Positions 1 through 13,507 of a DNA stretch of 64,000 bases are shown here, in pieces (the stretch's first letter is position 1; each line of letters starts with the position of its first letter). Where the stretch lies: NCBI GenBank assembly GCA_051362555.1, contig CM120643.1:19596848-19660847 (forward strand). The letters are read 5' to 3'. The DNA is from Lingula anatina (taxonomy: Eukaryota > Animalia > Brachiopoda). Made by a program: the position numbers and the translations under genes. The notes beneath the pieces were generated by a model that was not told the origin of the DNA, ran no database searches, and saw only the letters and a list, made by a program, of their open reading frames with translations.

Positions 1-28
1 GCCTTTAAGTCACATTCAAATGCTCCCT

Positions 29-850
29 TCACTTTAAAGGTTTCTCAGACGTGTCTGAATAATACTGTTTGTTTTGTGGTCCTCCACAAGAGCCTGAGAC
101 GCATTTTTTTTTCTTGGATTGCAGCATTCCCCATGTATTTTCATCAATGATATTACAATATGCGCCTGAATCTGGTAATACAGCTAGTACACTGAGATTA
201 ATGCCGTCTATCTCTATTTCCACCAAGTCTCAGTGTATATTGCATTGGTTACCCCACACCAAATGTATATGCACTCCTGGATTATCATGTTCATAACTGT
301 CATATACATGAATATTAGTTTCAGTTTTGCAGACTTGTTGCACGTTCCATGTTTTCTCAGTCGGGGTGGTTTCTACTTCGTTTTTTCATGTCTGAACTCG
401 TGGTGTTTAGACTGAGTTGGTTTGTCAAATGACTTCGGTTTTTAACATACTCACAGTTTCTGGAGTTGCACTTTCATTTAAAGTGTTAACAGTCTATGTG
501 TATCCATGTTTCACACCTGCAATATGTTTGGGAGAGTCATGAAAATATCTTGTACACGTCCCCCTGAATGCTACATCAGCGCACGTCTCTTCTGACATGT
601 ATTTTTTAATTTTCTGTCTTTGTTCATTATTTCTTTTCGTCCGTTGGTTCTGAAACGATCAAACCTTTTCCGTCAGCAAATGATTTATCTCTATCTTTCT
701 CATCCTGCAAACTGTCTAGCCAGCGTGGCCCGTATTTCTCCGGACTTCTGTACGCTTCGAATTTCGTAATTTCACGTTTTTCCTCCATTTTCTCAAAGAA
801 AGTTGGCTCGTAGTTTTGCACTAAAGTTAATCCTCGTCTCCAGTGTTGAT
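29..850 (-). mobile_element. Degenerate Ty3/Gypsy LTR retrotransposon fragment (PBS, gag N-terminus, protease)
   Basis: Minus strand: ...CAACA c TGGAGACGAGGAT (LTR end plus PBS-like, 830-844); gag-like GPRW...FADGKGLI and KRRALM*HSGGRVQDIFMTLP; retropepsin-like IEIDG..LPDSGAYCNII; contains stops and frameshifts. Confidence 0.75.
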
Positions 851-1275
851 GCCTTCGAATTATATCGCATCACGAATCGAATCAATCAACGAATTGTATC
901 AGTTTCATACGCCTGTGCTTCTTCGTATCCACAACTCTAAAAACGCTACATCCGGGTACTTGACCGGCTTGTCATAAAAAGCGGAATTTAAGAATAGCGG
1001 AACGAGTACTTAGCTCTAAAAAGTTAACAGTTCATTCAAATGTCAAGTCCAATTTATATCAAATAGTGCAAATATGATGAGGGGACTTTGAAGAAAAGAG
1101 AGAAAGAGAGAGATAAATCAAAATTGATCAAATGACGTTAGTTCAATGCATTCAACTCACTTGTCAATAAAAAAAAAAATAGACAAAAATTAAATAATTA
1201 AAATTATAAAATAAATAAAAAAATAAAATAAATGACATCACCAAATATTGGCTTGATGGCAATATATATATATAT

Positions 1276-1683
1276 TGAATTTGTTGTCGTTGAATCAAAG
1301 TTGAATCAATGTTGAAATGCCAACGTTGAATTTGTTGTCGTTGAATCAAAGTTGAATCAACGTTGAAATGCCAACGTTGAATTTGTTGTCGTTGAATCAA
1401 AGTTGAATCAACGTTGAAATGCCAACGTTGAATTTGTTGTCGTTGAATCAACGTTGAATCAACGTTGAAATGCCAACATTGAATTTGTTGACGTTGAATC
1501 AACGTTGAATCAACGTTGAAATGCCAACGTTGAATTTGTTGTCGTTGAATCAACGTTGAATCAACGTTGAAATGTCAACGTTGAATTATGGTCGTTGAAT
1601 CAACGTTGATTCAACGTTTATCAACGTCTCAACATAAATTCAACGTTGATTCAACGTTGAATCAACGTTGTGTGCCTGCTGGG
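1276..1683. repeat. 51-bp tandem array built from GTTGAATCAAC palindromes, ending in a MITE-like terminus (tgtgcctgctggg)
   Basis: About 6 copies of a 51-bp unit followed by inverted subunits; explains the 17-aa periodic spurious ORF 1164-1553. Confidence 0.85.
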
Positions 1684-2074
1684 ATGAATTTATATCTGTG
1701 GCTTATGCAACGGCAAGTGACACTGATAGTGCACAATACATCGGTATATAAACATGTTGCATATTTACGGAGAAAGCATGCTTTGAATATTGCAATGAAT
1801 ACAACGGTGTACATAAAATAAACACGTAAATAAAATCAGGTTTTAGGAAATATTCATTATCCTTGTAATAACGTGTGGGTGATGGGTGCTACACAGTCCC
1901 TCTTATGAAAGGCTAACCACAATGCTTATCAAGTGCTGACATATCTTCATCACGATAAATGATAACGAGAGAAATGTCACCGTTTTCTTAATTACTTGCC
2001 TGATTACCTCCTCTTTAAAGTCGTGACTTTCATAAAACGTGACACATTCAAGGAAATGGGATGCGGAAATTTTT

Positions 2075-2230
2075 GACCCCGTTCCCATATTTAGATCTAT
2101 CTAGCTTGATCGACCCATCTCCGAGGGGTTCTCACTAACTCCTTGATTGCATTCAGCTTAAGTGGCTTAGATGTCTGGCACGCCTACTGAAGCTGCTTAA
2201 CGATAGTTAATTACTCCCAAATAGCTTAAC
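2075..2230 (+). mobile_element. Diverged partial copy of MITE family A (GATCGA/CTCCC..GGG/CACTAA)
   Basis: Similar to 23702-23945. Confidence 0.5.
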
Positions 2231-2299
2231 TTAATCTACCATTTTACATATCTGAAATAAAATCAATCCATTTGAAAAGTTGAAATTTTGTGGCTTCTT

Positions 2300-5200
2300 T
2301 TCCACGTTGCTAAGCTCAACTAATCTTGCCCGTTGACGCGTCTTGTTTTGACCATGAAAGGGAGGAGTTACTAGTATGTATAGATATATAGATACCCCGT
2401 AATAAGGCACCCAAGTTGTCTATCCGTTTGAGTCCCAAGTGACGTGTACGTGTTACGTGAAGCGCAAGGTCGTAGTCAGAAAAAATATGTCAGACAATAG
2501 GCAATCATATCCCGGGAAAATCGCTGTAGTTATTGACATGCCCGAACCAGTCACACTGAAGGTTAAAATACTGAAGTTGAGCATTAACAGAGTAAGTTAA
2601 GTATAATCAGTATCATTCACGTATTAGAAAAATTGATATATCTATCATGATGCATTCTAATATGATTAAAATGATTAATATTTATAGTAATCGACACGTT
2701 CCCAAAGTACATTTACCAATTTTTAAAGAAATTCTAGTCGCAAACTTGAGAAACTGTCGAAGAAGAGTCAATTATTCAGCTAACGCGTTTTTAGGCATAC
2801 TTTTTAACTCCTGACGATTCAGTGCAGGTGTAGAGTCTAGCCTTTATGTTAACGAGGAAATCATTCTTAATTGACGATGTAGTGCACTTCGTACCATTTT
2901 CTTTCTTAAAACTGGTATAAAATGAGTGATGTCTTTTTTACCTGTTGATGTACCTGGAAGCGTTTTTCAAAACTCAATTTTCCTTACAAGCGATTGGTTC
3001 TAGGCTTAATTATATAACCACTGCAGAAAAAAATCACCAATATTGGATTAGTTACCGACAAAGTTGTAAAGAATAATCAGGAGTCGCAAATCTAAAGAGA
3101 AACGGTGGAATTTCACGTTATAAGTGAAAAAAGCTAAACGAAGCGACTTGAAGGAAATCGGTGGCAGTACTCCTGCACGGCTCATATTTGTCGTTGGATT
3201 TTTCGATACGAGCCCAGGTATGGCAGAACACGGAACATCAAGACACCACAAATGTCACTTTCACCCGAAAATCGTATATATTGCGTCATCAGTAAAATGG
3301 CCATTTTATTATAATTAAATAACAACCAGATTAATGGGTTTTACCCTGGTATTGGCTGAAAGGCAAGGCTGTAACATATCTTTAACAATAACATCACAAA
3401 ATAGGCAGCTCACATTACTACCGGAACATTAGTTGAAGCTATGAACAGCAGATACTTACATGTTGTAGGAAAACAAAGAAGATCCACTCTAAGGAAACTC
3501 CACCTTCGTTCGTCGCCGAGAGGTGATTTCGTGGAAAATATGACAAACAGACTTCGTTTCTCTACTAATAATAATAATGTAGCGGAAAAGCCTTCGTTGA
3601 AACAAGACCCGTGAAATCGTGACAGCAAACAACAGTAAGCTCTCACGATATCAGATGACGCCAGGTGGGTTGCAGGTTTGTGCGTCTGATGCACGAATAC
3701 GCGGCAACGATACGGCTTCGTTCAGGAAATCGTGCAAATCTTTACACGCAAAAATATTTATAACCATTTATTATTTGTGTCTTTTTATATCAGTTAATCA
3801 CGTATCTTTTATCATTTTCAGCTGCAGTTACATAGGTCGTGCTCTGATCATGAAGCTATTAAAAAATCTCTTCCCATAAAGCTGATGTCAGTTGTCTTAT
3901 GCCTTCTCATGCATATGGAAGTTACAAAAACGACGACTTTCCACCGCCATCCATTGATTTTCATATTCTGTACTACTGGTTCTAGTATGAAAAAGAAAAG
4001 TCAATCTTCTTTATCGTGTTTTCCAGGCCTTTTTGTACCTCGCAGTGCAGCCAAGAATGTTTATATGGCGTAGAATTAACATGGTTATTACTCTAAACTT
4101 CAAACATTTTGCAAAGCTAGCTGCTGCTCGCTGCGTGTTCTATTACAGATAGGTCTGGATCTTTTTTTTTTTTTTGTTAACCCCACGACTACACCACCTT
4201 TTAACTTTTTATCCAAAACTTTTTGTTCAAACGCGTTATGAAGTTGATTCAGTGTCAAGAGACAGCATTGGTGCCTCAGCGCGACTCAAAAGTTAACATA
4301 ATTAATTGCTATTAACGGTTACCTGTCTACGTCCTGGTGCTAGTCTCCCGACGATTTTAGTCAAAACGGCCCTGAACGCGACTCATGACTTAGCTTTAAT
4401 CGTCATTGATTTATAAGATGCTCTGTGTTTTCTTTTACTTACATTATCACTGGACATTCTTGTTGATTATCTACACTTATCAATTCAGACTTGTAATTCT
4501 TATCCTCGCTTACTGCCAGCATGTCTCACTAAGGATCAATTTATTCACGTATGTCACCATTCTGCCATCTGCGTGTAGGCTACGTGTCGTTTTGTTCCAA
4601 TTCTTACAATAAGTGCAGGTACACAATAATCATCATCATTTTTCACTGCGTCTGTCAAAAGGCCTCCATTTTATTTTACATTTGGAATGAACTACGGAGA
4701 ATTATATTTTTTTACTCCCCTCCATCTGTCTGATATACATTCATAGGTAAGTGAGTTGCACTAAATGATACAATAGGAATCGTTTTGCAAGCGTTATTCC
4801 GGTCTCGGGTACTAGTAGGAACCCAGCAGCCAAGTCAGACCCAGAAAAGGTTGGATTTTCGAGACCACTATTTTTTTATATTTCCCTCAAATTGTGCCCT
4901 GTCATTATATCACCTATATAACATGGTTGTGTGTGTGCGCGCGCGCAAATCATGGTGAAAAAAATCTGGCTGCTCCTAGTTTTACGCTAGTTTAGCTAAT
5001 AGCATTCATCAGAGGCTAATCGCAAATGTCGCAGAGAAGGCTACAGTAGCACCTATAGCTTAACGGCAATCCAATGCGGTTGTGATGTATATCAAGTTAC
5101 ACAAAATCGGCAAATTTTCCGATTTTTTTTCCTACCTTCGAACTGAATGTGATAGTTGCACCAAACGCAGCGCAATCTGCCTGGATGCATTGTGCCATGT

Positions 5201-6100
5201 TTTGCGCAGTAGTGGGTCATCATCGTTTTACTAAATTAGCGTGATTAAACTTAAGTAGTAAAACCTTAATTTCCAGTTTTTTAAGGCCACCAATATATTC
5301 AATATCCTTCACAATGTCAAATATTTCATCATTCACGTTTTGCAGTGAACAATATCTATCGTTAAATTATAACGTGAACTTCGGCGTTTTTTTTTTTAAG
5401 TGCAGTTGTAATTAAATATAAAAGTGGTCTCAATCAACAAAATGTATAGATAGAAAGAAAGACAAAAAGAAACACACACACACACACACACACACACACG
5501 CGAGAGAGAGAGAGAGAGAAGAACATGCTTCATCCCAGAAGCATTCTCAGCCAACGCATTCGATAATAGGAGCATCTTGTTGAAGATCGCCACCCTGTGT
5601 GCAAGTTAGAAACTAAAGTTCCGAGAGAGAAGACGGTGTTACTGAAATCAGGTAGGACTTTAGAATATTTTCGTGTCACGGTTTTATGAAGTAGACCAGC
5701 TCCCATGATACTTATGTTGCAGCGTACATTAGATTTATGTGCAATTCAGAATGCAAAATTGAATTTCAAAGACAGTGGATTTTTCTTGTACATACGGCGA
5801 TCGGCTTTTCTGTGCACAAACAAGCTACATGTGCATGTATGATGTATTGTTTATATATTTTGTCAAGATACGGGATCCATCTGTGTCAAGAGACGGTGTT
5901 TTGTTGTTAGTACTATATCTTGATTATCTGCGCATTTGCGTTATTGTGCTTAAGATAATGTTTGCCCACAGGTTCTTCAATATTGCAACTGTAGGACGTG
6001 TTAAAACCGGTATTTGTATATTTGGGCACGTTTAACGTTAGTGTTATTTGGTACGTTAATAATATTCCCCGTCCGATAATGTTTATATTGGATGTTTTTT
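2300..6100 (+). promoter_or_regulatory. CpG-retaining putative promoter / first-exon region of Piezo
   Basis: By eye CpG is common here and drops after ~6.1 kb. + strand donors at 2592 (gtaagt), 4747 (gtaagt) and 5652 (CAG|gtagga, after a GA repeat). ACGT-core cluster at 2440-2460. Confidence 0.5.
5472..5519. repeat. (CA)n(GA)n compound microsatellite
   Basis: Direct reading. Confidence 0.95.
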
Positions 6101-6614
6101 CTAAATAATTCAGTTACGTGGAGATTTTGATCAATATTTCACCGTGGTATTTTTTGTGGTTTTACAAGAAACGTCAAGCCCACTGAGATAAATAAATAAA
6201 ACAAAACACTGAAAACCAAAGACTTTTTGGGGTGGGACTTCATAACTGTCTTTCGGTTAACATAGGTATGAAGTAGCACTTTCAAACAGAAAGTCTGTAC
6301 AAAAACAGCATACTAGTAGTTGTCATGTGCCCCAGTTAACACCCCTCAAACGCACATTTTTATCATATATTCACTATGTTAATGCCTGTGTTTTTTTCAG
6401 ACTTATTTACTTGCATTATTTTCTAAATGTAGACAGCTGCTGTATGGAGGATATAGGTATTCGCAGACAGAGATAAGTTTATCAAACCATTCTTGTTGTG
6501 AATAAATAAAATATTTTCACTTTCAGTGTTTTCCTGAGATGCATTTAAACCAGATTGATACGAAATGATTAATTATAAAAGTAATGCAGAACAAACTGAA
6601 CATTTGGAGTCTAT

Positions 6615-6786
6615 GGGCCCATTTAGAATAGGGAACTAAATAGTCCGAGGGTCAAATATGGCCGACCCACTTGAATACTTACCCACGGGATATCTATTCA
6701 GTGGATAAGATGGCAAGATGGCAAACTTTGTGGTAGGTGCCATATTTGCCCCTCAGACTAGTTAGTCCCCTATTCTGAATGGGGCC
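6615..6786. mobile_element. Hairpin MITE, PIF/Harbinger-like
   Basis: TIRs ggcccatttagaatagggaactaa / ttagtcccctattctgaatggggcc. Confidence 0.7.
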
Positions 6787-8124
6787 GATATTAGTACTGT
6801 AACCCCCCCCCCCTCCACCATTTTTTATATACTGTACTTAATACAGACTTTGTAAAAGGATTTTGAGATTTTATCCATAATTGAACATCTTATTTACAGT
6901 ACATATGCTATGCCAGATGGAATGCCCTGGCTAGAGGAACAAGTGTGCATATTCAGGTCATTGCATCCTGATAGATAAAACAATCAATTAGCTATTTGCT
7001 GAATGGACTTTGGAGGAACTCTGTACATTGAATAACGTAGAATACTGAATGGCAAAGAGACCCTCGTCAAATAAATACGGAGTGACAGAGTACATGCATG
7101 TTTTAAATCAAGAATAAATTATAAGGTACTGTATAAATTACGTAGTGCAGATAACTATAAATATACTAATATATCTTTTTAGAGATGTATTTGTTTCTAA
7201 TCTTCTTCTTATATAGACTAGTTTATTAGTTCTGACTGGATATGAAAACCATTGAACCAGATAGGCTGTGTCAGCTGATGAAGTGCTCCTTTAGCCATTT
7301 TGTTAAGCACATGTTAGTGTGTGGTTTGGGGAAATTTGATTATAAGACATAACATGTATATATGGGTCATTTAGATAGATTGATTTTTGTTCACCCAAAG
7401 AGATTTCATGATCTGGTCGTGACAGTGGTACAAAAAATGAGAATGCAAAAACTTAAGCCAGTCCAATGCATGTCTCTGTCTGGTCTTTTCATTTCTGTTC
7501 AGTGGACACTGTATTTTATAAGAGAGAAGTCAAGTGTGAACTGTGAACTAAAACTGGTTTGCAAAAAGTTGACACCCAAAATTACCCTCACATTTTAACC
7601 TGCTGGAAAGGCCTACTAGTAAATAGTAAACATAAACTATGCTTAAAGTCCTGAAACCTGTAGGTCTATTTAAAGTGTTCCTTTTAAAAGTTGAAATGGA
7701 ACATTAATTCCTTGACTTGCTTTATTTCAGAGACAAAATTGAATAGTAAAGGTTCCACTGCGGTAACCTGACCTCCCTGTCATGTGTGGGTGTATAATTT
7801 TCATAAAAAATGACACTGTCATGCATATGAGGAGTCTTACTCATAGAATGTCACAATATTTCACTTACTTGTAGTATGACTGTGGTCTTTGTGTCTATGT
7901 ATTGTCTTTTTATTAAAGAAGCTGGTTTGGACATATGTGCTTGTGAATTACAGAGGCCTATAATAATTCCAATCTTGTTATATAGTGTGCATACGTATAT
8001 TACCTAGTGTGTACTGTACATTATACAGAATTGGAACATGGGGAACTGCTCAAAGGAAAACATCAACTGTAATATTTTTTGCATGCCCGTCTGCCTGCTA
8101 CCTGTTTGAGCTCACTTTCTTTCT

Positions 8125-8126
<2 letters not shown>

Positions 8127-8166
<40 letters not shown>
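8127..8166. repeat. (CT)n microsatellite
   Basis: Direct reading. Confidence 0.95.
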
Positions 8167-8169
<3 letters not shown>

Positions 8170-9579
8170 ACCCCCATAGAATATTTCTGAGTAGGTCTAC
8201 ATGTCTACTTGCTTACTAGTTTGTGTGATGTGTATACACTTACAACATAATTTTCACATTGCATGCAGTAACTATCTCCCTGAGTGAAAAAATCTTGCTC
8301 TTAATGCACCAAAGCCAGTGAACCAGGTTTCAGAATGTGCAATTTTGTGTCCAGTTAATCATTCAAATGCAGCTGTACATGCCAATTAATATCATATCAT
8401 GTCATTACAGTGTTTTTACTTAGTCAGAATTTGATCATTACTACCTCCCTAGCCTGCTGGCATGAATGACATCAACAAGTCTCTCTGGACTCCTCTATGG
8501 TGTTGGTCAACCCATGTACCGCTTCAAATGCATTCAGTTTCAAAATGGGAGGTTGATTGAATTACTTCATGCAGATATCACTGACAGCCCATTTTACTGG
8601 CATGATGCTGTGTAACTTGGTTTGATGTTTAAATTGGCTTATAAATAGAAATCATTGAATAGGGCTTGTACACATTGAGACTATGATTGGAAGTGACTGC
8701 TGCTGACCTGATGACTTGAAGGACTCCCTCCCCTCCCCCCTAATGGTACGTTGACTTTGAAAATGTAACATGTATAATAAAAGGGTTTATACTGTCTGAC
8801 CATTTTGGTAAGCAAATGTTAGTGTTGGAAAATTTAATTACTGGACATAGCATGTATGTGGGTCATTAAGATAGATTGATTTTTAATTACCCAAAGAGAT
8901 CTGGTTATGACAGTGGGAGAGAAAAATGATGAATAATTGTATAAATTCTATAAATTGTAAACATGAAATATTGGGTTAGAAATCTCAATTATTGTTTTTT
9001 TTTTCTTTTCCTTCTGGGCCAGTTCATGGTGAAGAAAATCTTAAGGCATGTTTACATCCAAGTTGGGACGACTGTTCTCAGTATGACTCTTCTCTTCTGG
9101 CTGTCTGATATAGAACTAGCTATAGGTTATAGTGCCAGTGCCATGTCTAGGAGGTGTGGGGTAGAGGCTGAAGGGAAGAACAGAGGGGGTCTAAAGGGGT
9201 GGGGAAGGAAGAGGCTCATCAGCCAGCCTTCTGAACAGGGTTGGACTGCCAAGGGGGGGAGGGGTGGCTCATTTTGTACTTTTCAGTTAGAAAAATAATA
9301 AAAATTAAAGAAAAAACAAGGCCTTATGAATTTATCTTACAGGTTATGTTTGCAAACATAATTAATATGATAACATGGGACAAGATCTTCAGCTGTAGCC
9401 ACCCATTAAGTCATCATATTGAATGTTGTGGTTAACACCTGAGGCAGCCTGAGTATGTACACAGCTGGCAGGTGTTTTACAAGGAACCGGCTGCTGTGGA
9501 ATAAGGAATAATGATACTTATAGATCTTTAGAATTAATAGTAAAAGTAAGGGGATTTTCTATACAATGCACTTCATATG

Positions 9580-9749
9580 CAAGGGTGTATCCAGAGATAT
9601 TTTTTGACAGTCTTCCCAATTATCTTTGTTGATCTTTTCTCTATTTTTGACCATCTTCTGACTGAAAAAATTAGATGTACCCGTCAATGCAAACTTTAAA
9701 ATGTGGCCCTCTTCCGGAAGACCCAGAAGACGGCGTCAATCCGCCCCTG
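9580..9749 (-). mobile_element. MITE family B (CAGGGGCGGAT termini, ~170 bp)
   Basis: Reverse complement of copies at 39590, 43278 and 53192; flanks atatg / ataca. Confidence 0.85.
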
Positions 9750-10933
9750 ATACAGGTTGGGTAGACTGGGCAAAAATCACTAATTAGTATTAATAGTTTC
9801 TTCCATTATAACTGAGGATTTAATTGCAGCCTCAGGCCAGTCATGGTGCAATTAGTATAGCATTAGGTGTACACATGAACAGGTGTGCTGTGAAAAGGGG
9901 TTGTTATAACAGTTGTAGTATATACCTATATTACTGTCTTACATATAACCATCACTGTGTTAGCAGCTAGATAAACATAGGTGAAATACACCACACAATT
10001 GTCTTAAAGATGCATTTTGAAGTCAAATTGTAAGCATGGCATTACAGTTTACACATACACAGTGTAATCTAACCATGTACTGTACATGTACAGTACATTA
10101 CATGATATTTCTTGAGCTCCATTAATGCAATTATTAATCAGCAAATTTGAACAAATTTCCGATTATTATGATTTAGCTATATTATCCTGCATTTCCAAAA
10201 TGATGTTTTCTTTGTGATCATTTGTCTGATAATATATATTGGGTCAAGTAAGGCATATGTGTCACATATATAGTGTAGTACTTATGGTTTATATATTTAT
10301 GGATCTTGAGGCAAAATGTAAATAAATGAGTGAGAGAAATTGTAAGTAGTGAGAATTTCTGTGAAAGACACTATGTTACTGTATATATTTCATTATGATG
10401 TCCACTTTTGCAATTGCAGCGTAGACTACCTAATTTTACACAGACCTAATAAGGAAATTAATTTCATGATGCAAAAAACTGGCAAAATTGGATTTATTAC
10501 TACCTGTGCTTTTTAGGTCAACAGCTTTTCACCAATCATATATTATGCACATAACTGGGTCTCATTGTATTGGATTCAACTTTTCAGAAAATAAAAATGT
10601 TCCTTGTTATGTTCAGCAATGAGAGATGTACATGTAATTGCTGTAATTGGATGAACATAGAGTTTGATGATATTTTTTTTCCAGAAAAAAAAGCACATAC
10701 ATTTTCCAAATGGTGTCCAGTTCAGGATCTCATAACAAATCACATGGGACATGTAATTGCACCTTAGTTGCTCTCTCAACATTCCTGACGTTCATACAGA
10801 AACATTTATGGCGCATTTCCAAGTACTATATCATGGAAAATAGATAGGAACCCGGCTTGTGGAGATCAAACATTTGGAATCATGGGGAAGTCACCATTCA
10901 TGTCTTCAATTACTAGTAATGTAATGAATGTTT

Positions 10934-11220
10934 GAGGGTATTCACAACAGGTGATACTTTGATCTACAGATCAAATATGGTCGACCCTTCATGAAGAGCC
11001 GACTTATCCCCTGATGGTCTCCCCGCCTCTGGACATGCCATTACTTGTAAACAGATGAAGTCACGACCCTGCAGTTTATTTGCTAGATCCATGCAAGAAC
11101 GGTGCGTGTGGAGGTCGGGAGATCATCAGGGGATTAGTCGGCTCTTCTTTCATGTAAGGTCTGCTATATATTTGATCTGTGGAACTGTAGATCCAAGGAT
11201 CATCTGTTGTGAATGCCCTC
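10934..11220. mobile_element. Hairpin MITE
   Basis: TIR gagggtattcacaacag / ctgttgtgaatgccctc with long internal inverted arms. Confidence 0.75.
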
Positions 11221-11519
11221 TATACTACAGCAGTATTAAGGTCAGCAAATTTAGCTATAACTAATATCATATATTTTGCTGCCCCACACCTAAAAAAGGG
11301 ATGGAAAGTTTGATTCTTAAAAAGGAACTCCACAGCTGAAACAATGTATCAAACCCATGCCATGTGTAATACCTCAATGTAGACAATAATCCCTGTGCCA
11401 AGTGTCCAGGGGATTGGATGCACATTAGTAGGTGTAAAGATTTTTAAGTTGTTCCTAATCCTGCCCTGACCTGATCTAGACTACCAGGTGATCTAGGTCT
11501 GATTGTATGACCTTCACTG

Positions 11520-12002
11520 ATTCATGTTCATGATCAACCACCAGTTCATGATCACTGGTTCCCGAAACAGGTTCATGATCATTGGTTCACAGAGATCACA
11601 TTCAGAACAAGTTGATTAACTAATACATCCACGGACTAAATATGGCCAACTGACTTAAAAGTCATGCCACTAATCTCGTAATGGTCACCCAACAACTCCA
11701 CATGCGAATCAGTTAGTCCATGGAGCATTTGTTCTGAACCGCTCAATGACTTGTTCATAATCACTGGTTCTCAAACACCAGTTCATGATCACTGGTTCTC
11801 AAGCACCAGTTCATGATCACTGGTTCACAAACACCAGTTCATGATCACTGGTTTACAAGCACCAGTTCATGATCACTGGTTTACAAGCACCAGTTCATGA
11901 TCACTGGTTCACAAGCACCAGTTCATGATCACTGGTTTACAAGCACCAGTTCATGATCACTGGTTCATACAGACTGGTTCATGAGCAAGGATTCATGATC
12001 AC
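11520..12002. repeat. 28-bp minisatellite of quasi-palindromic units (accagttcatgatcactggtttacaagc), interrupted at ~11600-11740
   Basis: Period 28 read directly (11833 to 11861). Confidence 0.9.
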
Positions 12003-13462
12003 TCATAACCCCCTTTTTGATAAAAGCAGAAGAAAAGTGTTGAATGGGCATTGATGCTCTGGAAAGCTTCCCCCATCCTCTAGTTTAGAGAGCCAGTTTG
12101 TTCCTGTTTATTGGTATCAGCTGTTTTCGTCCTGAGGACATACCTGGCAAATGAAATATGATGATAGTCTTTCCACTTATCTCAATGACATAGTGATTAT
12201 CAAATGAATGGGGGCCAGTACTAGTATGTTATCTCTTTCGTGGAGGCTGTAAGATGATTGATCTTCTAAGAGAGATCAATGAAAATAGCTTCTAAGAGAG
12301 ATCAATGAAAATAATAGAAAAATTCGATTTTGTACAACCAACCACCATTCAACATACTACCAATCTTCACGACGTCTTATCATGGTTATATCACCACAGA
12401 AGGCAACTAATCCCTCATTTGCCCCACCCACCTGTACTGTGAGTTAAGCCATGGGACCACTGACTTACTGTGGTAAGAAGGCAATCATTTCAGGTGATTT
12501 TCAAAGATTGGTTGCACCAAGTACAGTATTATATTATATAAAGTCACTTAATTTACTGTTTCGCTGGTGCCTGAAGCTTGATATTTAGTTTTGTCAACCG
12601 AGGCCTGTAGCCAGTGGGAAGATCTTTTTCTGGTGGAAGGGCTTCTTTTATTCAAGGCTGCAACTAAATTAATATTATTAATATAATATATATAATGGTA
12701 AGTTACTAGTAATCCTTTATAAAGTGCTATTTAACTGATTTTGCATAGTCAATTTTACATTTATGTGTATAATTATCAATCTACATTTACTGATCCTGGC
12801 ACAGCCAAAAATGAAAAAAAAAAATCAAATGTTTTCATTATACGAGACCATTTAGCTGAACAGCATGCCAACATGCAATAGTCGTGTAATACAACAGTTG
12901 TTGTGTAATTACCAATTATTTACTGGCAGTTCTTGACGAGAGGTGTACAAATCAATTGGAATTAATTCTGCTGTCGTGCAATGAGCTGTGATGAAAACTA
13001 AACAAGTTCTACTCTCGCTTCTAATATTTTTCTTATAGAAATATGTGCATGGTTCAGTGCTGTGATTTTCTTTCAGTTTTTCTATCTGTGTGACTATTAC
13101 ACCATAAAGCAAACAAATAAATATAAGAGAGAGTAATTACAAAGGCACTTTCAAATTCAGCATGCAAGTAAATATTGGAAATCAAGACACATCGATATAT
13201 AATTGATTATTGTGGAATGTGCAGACTGGATAATAGTGATACCAGCTGATTTTCAATATTTTCATTAGGAAGTTACATGAAAATGTAAGCAAAAGAATTG
13301 GGTTGTATAATTGGGCAAAAACTCTTCAGGCTCTAGGGGCACCATTTCACAAAGGAACTTGGGCCAAATTTTTTTTTGAACTTAAAGACTATGAATTCTA
13401 TTATGACCAAGGTGAGTCATTAGTAGTTCACTTATAATGTGTATGAAGGTATTGTGGCTGTT

Positions 13463-13463
<1 letters not shown>

Positions 13464-13506
<43 letters not shown>
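13464..13506. repeat. (CA)n microsatellite
   Basis: Direct reading. Confidence 0.95.

Positions 13507-13507
<1 letters not shown>

Noticed and set aside
1164-1553. 129-aa ORF with 17-aa repeats
   Set aside because: It is a translation of the 51-bp tandem array, with no splice or codon support.
2487-2591. 35-codon ATG-to-donor segment as an alternative Piezo N-terminus
   Set aside because: Its phase 0 end does not match the phase 1 exon at 23205, and it stops early if joined to 21854.
11520-12002. CRISPR-like appearance of 28-bp palindromic repeats
   Set aside because: Units are head-to-tail with no unique spacers, there are no cas genes, and the context is a eukaryotic intron.
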